DNA of 64,000 bases, taken from the IMG/VR virus record IMGVR_UViG_3300031992_000041, positions 1 through 64,000 of that record; one strand, 5' to 3'. The position numbers were made by a program, and so were the translations under genes. This DNA comes from a virus. Taxonomy: Duplodnaviria; Heunggongvirae; Uroviricota; Caudoviricetes. This document shows, piece after piece, positions 57,163-64,000 of this stretch (position 1 is its first letter; the number at the start of each line of letters is the position of its first letter). The notes under the pieces are model-generated. The model was given only the letters and a program-made list of their open reading frames with translations. It was not told the DNA's origin and did not search any database.

Positions 57163-57396
57163 TTATGCTGCTTTTTTAATACCTGTTTTATGCCTGATAG
57201 AGTCATACTTTGTCGGCTCGTCTGCCGTGAAGATCTGGCGCACGAACTCGCGCACCGTCAGCCCCTGAATCCACGCACCGCCCATGAGCAGCATAGCCAC
57301 TGCCACGGGCGCCTGCCACACGTTTACCACTGCACCGGTAGCCACTGCGAGCCCCAGCGCCATCAGGATAGCACCTGCAATTTGTTTATTCTTCAT
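57163..57396 (-). CDS. hypothetical membrane protein (77 aa)
   Basis: two TM helices; ends …KKAA. Confidence 0.5.
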   Translation of the reverse strand: MKNKQIAGAILMALGLAVATGAVVNVWQAPVAVAMLLMGGAWIQGLTVREFVRQIFTADEPTKYDSIRHKTGIKKAA

Positions 57397-57421
57397 AATT
57401 TCGTCCTCCGAATTTTAGGGG

Positions 57422-57607
57422 TTAGTCAAAATCAAAAACTGTCTCGATAAAGTCACGCAGCCGCTCGTCGTCCCACTTGCAGCCGAGGTCACGGGCAAAT
57501 CCGAACAGGATGTCCTTGACCTCAGGCTCGCTATAGGTGCGCTCGTCGCGCAGTTCATGCAACTTGGGGCGCAACTGCATAATGATACACTTTGCTTCTT
57601 CTGCCAT
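57422..57607 (-). CDS. hypothetical protein (start at MAEEAKCII)
   Basis: ORF track; start adjusted to the ATG after the AGGACTATGG context. Confidence 0.4.
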   Translation of the reverse strand: MAEEAKCIIMQLRPKLHELRDERTYSEPEVKDILFGFARDLGCKWDDERLRDFIETVFDFD

Positions 57608-57620
57608 AGTCCTGATGCCG

Positions 57621-58031
57621 TTAGTAAATTCTACTTTTGCATACACACGTCAGACGACTACCCTCAAAGCGTTTCACCACGATAGTCCTGCCGATGGTTC
57701 CGGCCTGCTCCCTCGATGCGCCATTCTTTGCTTTCTTGGGCTGCAACTGTCCTTTGCCCTCGTTGAACATACGGCTGCGGTTCTCCAACTGGGGCATAGT
57801 GTCCGCCATAGTCTCACGACGCACACGGCTGCGGTCGCTCTCCATAGACCGGCCAGATACACCCCGACGCTCCGCACGAATCCGTTCACGCTCACGATAC
57901 GCCATCAGGCGGTCGTGCTGCTTGCGCTTGGCGATTAGCCACTCACTGCGTTTGCTCATGCCAATCTGCTCTGAAATAGAGGGTGTGCCCCACTCCTCGG
58001 GCAGGACACACATCTGCGATAATGTAGCCAT
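57621..58031 (-). CDS. hypothetical Arg-rich protein (136 aa)
   Basis: ORF track; GCATACGACTATGG context. Confidence 0.5.
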   Translation of the reverse strand: MATLSQMCVLPEEWGTPSISEQIGMSKRSEWLIAKRKQHDRLMAYRERERIRAERRGVSGRSMESDRSRVRRETMADTMPQLENRSRMFNEGKGQLQPKKAKNGASREQAGTIGRTIVVKRFEGSRLTCVCKSRIY

Positions 58032-58079
58032 AGTCGTATGCTTTGATTGTTAATAATTCGTTCTGTCAATTCCCACCGA

Positions 58080-58754
58080 TTAGGCTGCTTTGCGGCTGCT
58101 CTTCTTGGTGCTGCTCTTCTTAGTTCCGGCGGCTGCTTTCTGTGCATTAGAGGCCACTTTCTTCTCTTCTGCTGCGATAGCCCAGGAGCCATTGACGAGT
58201 TTTGCAACACGTACCCACTTCTCGCTCTTCTTGTCGCCCATATTCACCCAACCACTCTTCAGGGCTGCGCACTTTTCTGCGCTCTTCTGAATTTTCTCCA
58301 TAGTCGAGGTAATAAACACACTCTGCTGCAAGCCACGCAGCACGTTAGTAGCATTGACTACGACATCGGTCTTGTCACCTTTGTCTGCTGCTGATACGAG
58401 GGGTACGAGAACTGACTGCGATACGGTCTTAAATTCTCCGTCTTTCTCACTGCAAAGGGTGTACTCCTTGCCGTTGATAGTCACCTGATAGCCGACGGAG
58501 CGCATGATGCACACTTTGCCGTCTTTCATCATTCGAGCACTCCACGCAGTGAAGATGTCCTTTGGGGTGTAACTGTTCTTCAGAACATGAACACCCAGAG
58601 ACTGCATAAGTTCAAGTGGGCGAACTTTCTCCTTATCGCTGATAGCGATATAACCACCGATGCCGGACAGTTGCTTTGCAACCTGACTCCACGACATTGC
58701 TTTTGCACTGAATGACTTAACACCTGCGTTGATAGACTTCTTTGTAGTAATCAT
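58080..58754 (-). CDS. hypothetical protein (224 aa, Lys-rich C-terminus ending …RKAA)
   Basis: ORF track. Confidence 0.5.
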   Translation of the reverse strand: MITTKKSINAGVKSFSAKAMSWSQVAKQLSGIGGYIAISDKEKVRPLELMQSLGVHVLKNSYTPKDIFTAWSARMMKDGKVCIMRSVGYQVTINGKEYTLCSEKDGEFKTVSQSVLVPLVSAADKGDKTDVVVNATNVLRGLQQSVFITSTMEKIQKSAEKCAALKSGWVNMGDKKSEKWVRVAKLVNGSWAIAAEEKKVASNAQKAAAGTKKSSTKKSSRKAA

Positions 58755-58810
58755 AACTTGTCCTATTTAGCCCATAGGTTGGGGGTCTTAAAAGTGAAAC
58801 ATAAAATAGT

Positions 58811-58880
58811 CCCAAACTCATCGGAATCGAACCGATGACAACCGATAATAGACGCAGTCCGCCACCTACTGCATTGTCGC
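58811..58880 (-). other. tRNA-like 3' fragment, paralogous to the element at 26157
   Basis: rc reads …GGACTGCGTCTATTATCGGTTGTCATCGGTTCGATTCCGATGAG: T-arm ATCGG/TTCGATT/CCGAT; shares the ATAGAC…CAGTC flank with the first copy; no 5' acceptor strand. Confidence 0.35.
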
Positions 58881-59235
58881 GATAATGCCCATTATACCCA
58901 TAGGGTTGCAACCATTTTGGGAATGGTACGTGCCCCGCTCCTACAAAAACCGCATACAAAATCCGTACAACTGAAATTTGCGCTAATGATTGCAAAAGTT
59001 TTTTACACCTTTTCGTGATGTTATTAAACGCAGTCTATTGTTACATCATCCAGGTTACATCCGCTGACTACCCTCCGGACTTATGGTTGTGCATCCAGTC
59101 GCATTGCGAACCCAACAAATTGTAGGCGTTTGGCAAATTTACCAAACCTTTGCAACTTAGTGCTGCGCCCCTCGCATCGTATGTAAACAAGTCAAAGTAA
59201 GAACGTCAACGTGACACGCTTGTCGATTGTTGACG

Positions 59236-59250
59236 ATGCAAAGATACGAC
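59236..59250 (-). promoter_or_regulatory. candidate leftward promoter (-7 box TATCTTTG) for a long leader or ncRNA spanning the tRNA-like element
   Basis: GCAAAGATACGA, same motif family as 32906/35618/60549; about 480 nt upstream of the next leftward start codon. Confidence 0.35.
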
Positions 59251-59382
59251 TCGTTCGGCGCAGCATCTGCAGGAAGGTTTTTTTTTATCAAAAAGCATTA
59301 AATCAGAGATTTAACGCTTTTTAATAAAATAAAACCCGCACGCGTCCGTGCCGAACTGCGCGTCCGTGTGCGCCGTCTAACA

Positions 59383-59410
59383 ATCCCGCGCCATGCGGGA
59401 TTTCTTTATG
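59383..59410 (+). terminator. hairpin plus T-rich tract (weak rho-independent terminator-like)
   Basis: CCCGC-gccat-GCGGG followed by ATTTCTTTAT. Confidence 0.3.
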
Positions 59411-59417
59411 CGCGAGG

Positions 59418-59815
59418 ATTTTTGACCCCCATTTTTGGCCCATAAATAACAACCTGCGCAGGTTATTGCTTATTCATGCGTGCAGTGGAAAATAACAGGC
59501 GGGTGTTATTTACTATGACCTATTCTGCCCACCATTTTGGCCCCATAAATACTAACAGGCATGCAGGGTTGTCTATTTATGGCGCACTGAGAACTAACCT
59601 GCGCAGGTTGTTGCTTATTCATGCGTGCAGTGGAAAATAACAGGCGGGTGTCGTTATTTATGACCCATTCTGCCCACCATTTTGGCCCCATAAATACTAA
59701 CAGGCATGCAGGGTTGTCTATTTATGGCGCACTGAGATCTAACCTGCGCAGGTTATTGCTTATTCATGCGTGCAGTGGAAAATAACAGGCGGGTGTCATT
59801 ATCTATGGGGCATAT
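59418..59815. repeat. 145-bp tandem repeat array (about 2.6 copies plus a degenerate lead-in), each unit carrying the perfect palindrome AACCTGCGCAGGTT
   Basis: units start at 59451, 59596 and 59741 with >95% identity; internal CCATAAATA/TATTTATGG inverted elements; lies in non-coding DNA. Confidence 0.85.
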
Positions 59816-60100
59816 TTGCAGCCGTTTGCACCGTGGTTGCACCCACCCCAGCACCCCAGCGAGGCGCGGGGTCTTCTCTGTGATGAAGAAAAAAAAACTG
59901 AAAACGTTGTACGTTGGTGGTTGTTTATTCTTATAAAACAAAAAAGATAAAGATAAATATTCTTTGTTTGTATGTCCGCAAAGAACCATTCGTTGATATA
60001 AACAACAATTTGGCAGAAGAATAATCTGCCATTAACATACTATTAAGGAGAATGTTTTTATATGGTTTAGATTATTATATATATTATAAAGGTACTCTAT

Positions 60101-60160
60101 ATATAATTTATAAAGGTATATACGCACGCATACGCACTCATACGCACGTGCGTATATACA
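60101..60160. repeat. 12-bp inverted repeat TATATACGCACG/CGTGCGTATATA flanking two CATACGCA direct repeats (terminator-like structure after the 60171 gene)
   Basis: directly read; immediately 3' of the stop of the minus-strand gene 60171..60521. Confidence 0.5.
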
Positions 60161-60170
60161 AAAAGAAGGA

Positions 60171-60521
60171 TCACCATTTTATGCCCATCTTCTTCATTAC
60201 TTTGTTTGTCTTTTCCAATGTGCCAGGACCTATCCCGTCAAGATCAAGCAACTGACCCGGTGTCATTGAAAGAAACTGGCTGAGCGTGGTTACACCTTTT
60301 CGAGCCAGTGCATTACGCAGGCGAACGGCATAGGATTTATGCTTATGGCCAAACGCCTCGCACAAATCATCCATCGTGAATTGCACATCTATTTCTTTCT
60401 CCGTGTCTGATGTCGGAGGTGTAAGCAGTTCAGTAAGACATTTACAAATGTCGCTAAGTTCGTACTCTACTTTTTCTATCCTCTTCAGGATGACGGTAAT
60501 GTTTTGATTATTCTCTTTCAT
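60171..60521 (-). CDS. helix-hairpin-helix DNA-binding protein (116 aa)
   Basis: C-terminal TTLSQFLSMTPGQLLDLDGIGPGTLEK resembles an HhH / RNAP alpha-CTD-like motif. Confidence 0.5.
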   Translation of the reverse strand: MKENNQNITVILKRIEKVEYELSDICKCLTELLTPPTSDTEKEIDVQFTMDDLCEAFGHKHKSYAVRLRNALARKGVTTLSQFLSMTPGQLLDLDGIGPGTLEKTNKVMKKMGIKW

Positions 60522-60527
60522 TTATCG

Positions 60528-60560
60528 TTGTAACTTTTGTTTGACGTTGCAAAGATACAA
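60528..60560 (-). promoter_or_regulatory. leftward promoter (-7 TATCTTTG) embedded in inverted repeat TTGTAACTTTTG…CAAAGATACAA
   Basis: about 28 nt upstream of the 60521 start; third copy of the operator-like inverted repeat. Confidence 0.45.
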
Positions 60561-60786
60561 AAAAATCTAAAACAAACTTTCTCTCCTACAAAAAAACAGC
60601 CCGCCAGCACACTAGATGCCCTACGGTGCCCACTTTCTCGTTCTCATTCTGTACAATGTAAATTCTAAGCATGGTCTAAAAAAATATTGTAAAACAGATG
60701 CATACAAAAATAGCCCTTCGTTTTTTAAAAACAAGGGCTGGAATGAAAAATCCAAGGGCCGGAATAAAAGGACTGGATGGAGTGAC

Positions 60787-61236
60787 CTATTTGTCGGTGG
60801 ACTCATTTTCAACCTTCTTCTCCACCTTCCCGATGTGCAGGGGTTCGCCGTCGCCCTGGTAGTGCATGTGCTGGCGCTTGCGGATGATGGGATCCTGGGG
60901 ATGGCGGGTGAAGGAGCGGCGCGTGGGGTCGAACCGCCCCTGCTGCAACTCGCGCTTCATGTTCTTCGCCGGACGGAACTTCAGGCGCTTCTCCGGCGGG
61001 TAGTGGCGTATCTCATCCACATCCTTGTAGGTGTAGCGACGCTCACGCTCAGGGATATCGACAACGGCGAAGGTGCCGAACGAGTCGATGGGCACGCACG
61101 GCTCACGGGCCTCACACAGTTGATAACGTATCTCGTCGAACACGGCGGGCAGCACGGCCTCGACCGTGGCCTGGCAGATGCCGCTGCGCCTGACGACGGC
61201 GGCGGCGAACTTCTGGAGGTATTGCTTGGGTAACAT
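60787..61236 (-). CDS. HU/IHF-family DNA-binding protein with C-terminal extension
   Basis: …AVLPAVFDEI…SFGTFAVVDIPERERRYTYKDVDEIRHYPPEKRLKFRPAK follows the HU beta-arm pattern; 149 aa as in Bacteroidota HU-like proteins. Confidence 0.7.
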   Translation of the reverse strand: MLPKQYLQKFAAAVVRRSGICQATVEAVLPAVFDEIRYQLCEAREPCVPIDSFGTFAVVDIPERERRYTYKDVDEIRHYPPEKRLKFRPAKNMKRELQQGRFDPTRRSFTRHPQDPIIRKRQHMHYQGDGEPLHIGKVEKKVENESTDK

Positions 61237-61247
61237 ATTTCTTTAGT

Positions 61248-61550
61248 TTAGACACGGAGGATGAAGTCGTCGGCACGGAGGATGCAGCAGTCGCGCAGAC
61301 GGCGCGTCTGACCGGAAGCCGTGAACTGCACCAGACGGGAGGGGAAGGCACCGGGGCCGTTGACATCGACGGCGAGCGTGACACACTCCTCACCACGGAT
61401 GCAGTCGCCGTTCGACGCTGCCACGTACCACACGCGCCAGGGGATGCGCTCCTGGCACTCCTGCACGTTGCCGTTAAGGTTGGTTTTTATGAGGCGCGTG
61501 CGCTCGGCCACACGACGCAGTTCGGAAAGGGAAAGGGTCTTCAAAGACAT
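61248..61550 (-). CDS. hypothetical protein (100 aa)
   Basis: ORF track. Confidence 0.45.
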   Translation of the reverse strand: MSLKTLSLSELRRVAERTRLIKTNLNGNVQECQERIPWRVWYVAASNGDCIRGEECVTLAVDVNGPGAFPSRLVQFTASGQTRRLRDCCILRADDFILRV

Positions 61551-61619
61551 ATTAATTTGTGTTAAATGTTTATTTCATAATCGTCGTTTCTGTCCGAAAC
61601 GGAAACCACCGCCCCGGAA

Positions 61620-62381
61620 TCAGATGATTTTTCGGAGCAGACGGAGCCAGAAGGCCTTCTTGCGGAGCATCCACACGGCCACGAGCACCGCCAGCGCTAC
61701 GAGGATGACGTCGGCCAGACGGAGCCGCGCCTGCTGCCACAACGAGAGAGGCCTGTCCACCTCCCTCACCTCGGTCTCCTGCCGCGACTGCAGCAGCGAG
61801 TCGGAGTGAGAGACATGCTGACTCATCACGCTGATGATGGAGTCCTGCACGTCGAGACGGTGCAACAGCATCTCGCGCTCCTGGCGGTCGCTCTCGCTGG
61901 TACGCTCGCGCACATTATTTATAATAAGCGTCTCCCTGACCACCTTACCGGCGGTATCGACCACTACGGTATGGCTGGTGTCGCTATGCTCACGGATACT
62001 GTCGAACTGCCTGAGCACCACCTCGCGCCAGGCACTATCCTGCTGCACCACCGTCCTGGAAGCCAGCAGCGAGTCAAGACGGTCGGTCAGCGACTCCAGG
62101 CGGTGGTGCTCAGCGTATGACATCTCCCTCGTGCTGCCGCACGACACGAAGAGTCCGCACAGGCAGAAGATGAGAAAGACGATAAACAGGCTGATGGCAC
62201 TGCTGAGACAGCCGGTGACAATGGTTTGGTCCGGGTCGTCGGACGACGGGAGGGGATCCAGCATGTAGGGATCCATCGGGCTGAGCGGGTCGTAGTTGTG
62301 GAACATAGATACGTCGTTTTTCCATCCAAGATAGTATTTGGTATCGTCTAAGACAAGGGCAGCAAAAAAATGTGCCGTCAC
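61620..62381 (-). CDS. hypothetical membrane protein (253 aa)
   Basis: two predicted TM helices (…ISLFIVFLIFCLCGLFV…, …ADVILVALAVLVAVWML…). Confidence 0.45.
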   Translation of the reverse strand: MTAHFFAALVLDDTKYYLGWKNDVSMFHNYDPLSPMDPYMLDPLPSSDDPDQTIVTGCLSSAISLFIVFLIFCLCGLFVSCGSTREMSYAEHHRLESLTDRLDSLLASRTVVQQDSAWREVVLRQFDSIREHSDTSHTVVVDTAGKVVRETLIINNVRERTSESDRQEREMLLHRLDVQDSIISVMSQHVSHSDSLLQSRQETEVREVDRPLSLWQQARLRLADVILVALAVLVAVWMLRKKAFWLRLLRKII

Positions 62382-63113
62382 CCAAAAAGTTACAACAGGG
62401 CGGCGGCACGGATGCCTATAGGCGATTATGTGGTAATTATGGCATCCTTACAAGATTGCTGGTGCTGACGTTTATCTGCAACGTCTTGCGGGTGCAAAGG
62501 TAGTGGTTTTTTGCGTAAGTGCCAAAATATTAGCGGGTTATCTGCCGCCTGAAAGAAAATTTTTCGGCGTGTTTATCCCGTTATCTGGGGGTTGTATAAT
62601 CGCTTAAAAACTCACAAATCACTGATAGTCAGTCACTTATATTTAAAAATTGCGCATTTTTCTATTTTCCCTTGATAGAAAAGTAGTTAAAATAAATAAT
62701 GGAGATATCTCTATTATATACCTAACTATCTGATTATCAATCTTTTTCCTTATTTGTGTATATTTTTTATTATTATATGGAGTGCGAGGAGGACGCGCAT
62801 ACATGATGAGATTGTGCTTAGAGGAAAGAAAGAGATGTAGTATTACATAGATAAGGAAGAAGCGGCGAAAAACGCGATTTTCAGATAAACGTGCGTTTTT
62901 TGGCTTGTAAATATTTGATATTCAGCGGGTTTTGTTTTATTTTCTGGTTAGATAACTAAAAGCCCGCAAAAGGCGGGGAAACGTCACGTAACTTTCTGAT
63001 TGTCAGGTGTTATTCGATTTTATCACAATCGTTATGCCGCCAAGGCAAAAGGGGAGAAAAACGGGCAATTGCAGATAAACGGAAATCATTCGCCGGTTGT
63101 CGGAAATAATGTG

Positions 63114-63121
63114 TAACTTTG
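63114..63121 (+). promoter_or_regulatory. -7 promoter box TAACTTTG for the 63131 gene (near-leaderless mRNA)
   Basis: exact TAnnTTTG match 10 nt upstream of the ATG. Confidence 0.4.
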
Positions 63122-63130
63122 CCGTCGGAT

Positions 63131-63742
63131 ATGGCAGAGAAAATTTACAAGTTGCCGGCGATTGTCTGGCTACGGATGACGGACTACATGCACGGGTGGC
63201 TGCAGGAGGAACTGGGCGGCGCGTGCAGGGTGAGAGACCAACTGGTGCTGAGCGTGCAGCATCTGCCTGGGGCCAGGGAGGTGCTGCGGATGGAGACGGC
63301 GGAGGACATGATGGACCCCAAGCCGGTGGGCAACTCGATGTCGGCCAACTGGAAGAACTGCATCGAGGCGGGCCTGGAACTGGACCCTGGCGTGGTGGAG
63401 CGTATGTACGGCATGACGAAGGCCGGCCTGAGGCTGTTTGTGCCAGTGGAGTGCCCGAAGATGTGTCTGACGAAGAACGGGGTACTGCGGCCGTGGACGC
63501 TCGACGTGAACTTCGGCCAGCGGCAGGCCACGGCGCTGCAGCGGCTGCTCAGGGCGGAGTTCTGGAACGCCGTGGAGGAGCACAACCGCGACTATGCGCG
63601 GCGGATGAACGGCAGGAAATACCCTTCTGTGGACATGATAGAGGACTTCTGCGCGTCCACGAGGACGCCCGACCTGTATGTGGAGGCGATGCGCCGCGAG
63701 TGGCAGCGCCGCGTGAAGCGCGGCGAAGGCCATGGCGGATGA
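63131..63742 (+). CDS. hypothetical protein (start at MAEKIYKL)
   Basis: balanced composition versus the Gly/Ala/Arg-rich alternative frames; the track's TTG start at 63119 lies upstream of the predicted transcription start. Confidence 0.5.
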   Translation: MAEKIYKLPAIVWLRMTDYMHGWLQEELGGACRVRDQLVLSVQHLPGAREVLRMETAEDMMDPKPVGNSMSANWKNCIEAGLELDPGVVERMYGMTKAGLRLFVPVECPKMCLTKNGVLRPWTLDVNFGQRQATALQRLLRAEFWNAVEEHNRDYARRMNGRKYPSVDMIEDFCASTRTPDLYVEAMRREWQRRVKRGEGHGG

Positions 63743-63745
63743 CCG

Positions 63746-64000
63746 TCAGCGGCGCATGTCAGGGCCTTCGAGCACGACCACCTTGGTGATGGCACGGAGG
63801 CGGCTGATGACGGCCTCTCCGTATCGCCGCAGGATGGAGTCCGGATAGCGCTGGTCGCTGACGGGCGTGGTGCTCAGGCCGGTGTTGATGATCAGCAGTT
63901 TGCCGTCCTGCTCGGCGGCATTGCAGAGGTCGTAGAATGGCTTCTGCTCGGTGCCGTAGCGCTTGGGCGACGGGTCCTCGGTACCAAGCCCGTCGATGAT
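63746..64000 (-). CDS. DnaC/IstB-like AAA+ ATPase, C-terminal part (gene continues beyond the window end)
   Basis: rc translation …LLIINTGLSTTPVSD…IIDGLGTE… resembles Walker B / sensor regions of DnaC-type helicase loaders; stop at 63746-63748. Confidence 0.45.
   Translation of the reverse strand: MIDGLGTEDPSPKRYGTEQKPFYDLCNAAEQDGKLLIINTGLSTTPVSDQRYPDSILRRYGEAVISRLRAITKVVVLEGPDMRR

Noticed and set aside
36394-58031. T7-type single-subunit RNAP promoter (AATACGACT…TATGG resembles TAATACGACTCACTATAGG)
   Set aside because: The similarity is limited to 9-10 nt and the spacing to TATAG is wrong. The motif directly abuts the start codon, and no phage RNA polymerase gene is present in the window. 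It is more likely a translation or start-context signal.
59255-59290. Rho-independent terminator at the T9 run (…GCAGCATCTGCAGGAAGGTTTTTTTTT)
   Set aside because: The preceding stem is only about 4 bp (GCAG/CTGC) and there is no upstream plus-strand gene. Probably just a T-tract.
59418-59815. Possible CRISPR array
   Set aside because: The repeat unit is 145 bp and the units are near-identical throughout. There are no unique spacers and no cas genes.

Overview
This 64-kb window is a high-GC (~58%) non-structural block of a large phage, prophage or integrative element, with 56 of its first 58 kb transcribed on the minus strand. It carries about 110 short, tightly packed ORFs, many joined by ATGA start/stop overlaps, and no capsid, tail, terminase, integrase or transfer genes. 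Recognisable content is replication plus DNA-modification and counter-restriction functions.

- **DNA modification and counter-restriction:** an RtcB RNA ligase, five intact YopX-domain genes plus two decayed copies and one fusion, a phage-type Dam methyltransferase, a C5-cytosine methyltransferase with six tandem repeat modules in its variable (target-recognition) region, an SPPY-type N4/N6 methyltransferase, a Gp37/Gp68-family protein, a 1667-aa methyltransferase-SNF2 helicase fusion resembling P1 DarB, an ArdC-like protein, a DnaQ-like exonuclease and a J-domain protein.
- **Replication and regulation:** a 1158-aa primase/helicase with a CHC2 zinc finger, an XRE regulator, a divergent plus-strand double-HTH repressor-like gene, an HU-like protein and a partial DnaC/IstB-like ATPase at the right edge.
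- **Other:** an SPFH protein and a radical-SAM enzyme.

Features not explained by the gene calls:
- A TTGTAACTTTG/CAAAGATACAA inverted repeat built from two interleaved, opposite Bacteroidota-type -7 boxes (TAnnTTTG) lies between the repressor-like gene and the leftward early operon. Related copies sit at three other leftward promoters.
- A 1.4-kb non-coding region (58.75-60.17 kb) holds 2.6 copies of a 145-bp tandem repeat, each with a perfect 14-bp palindrome.
- Two paralogous tRNA-like 3' fragments (T-arm hairpins) occur; one marks the edge of a 3.9-kb low-GC island.
- Two conserved start-proximal cassettes recur: GGAGGACTGA(n)ATG at seven junctions and TAAAACnnnTACGACTATGG at about 18 starts.
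- At least ten proteins end in Ala-Ala.

Promoter architecture points to a Bacteroidota-type host. That host assignment, the function of the unannotated ORFs, and several adjusted start codons are inferences.
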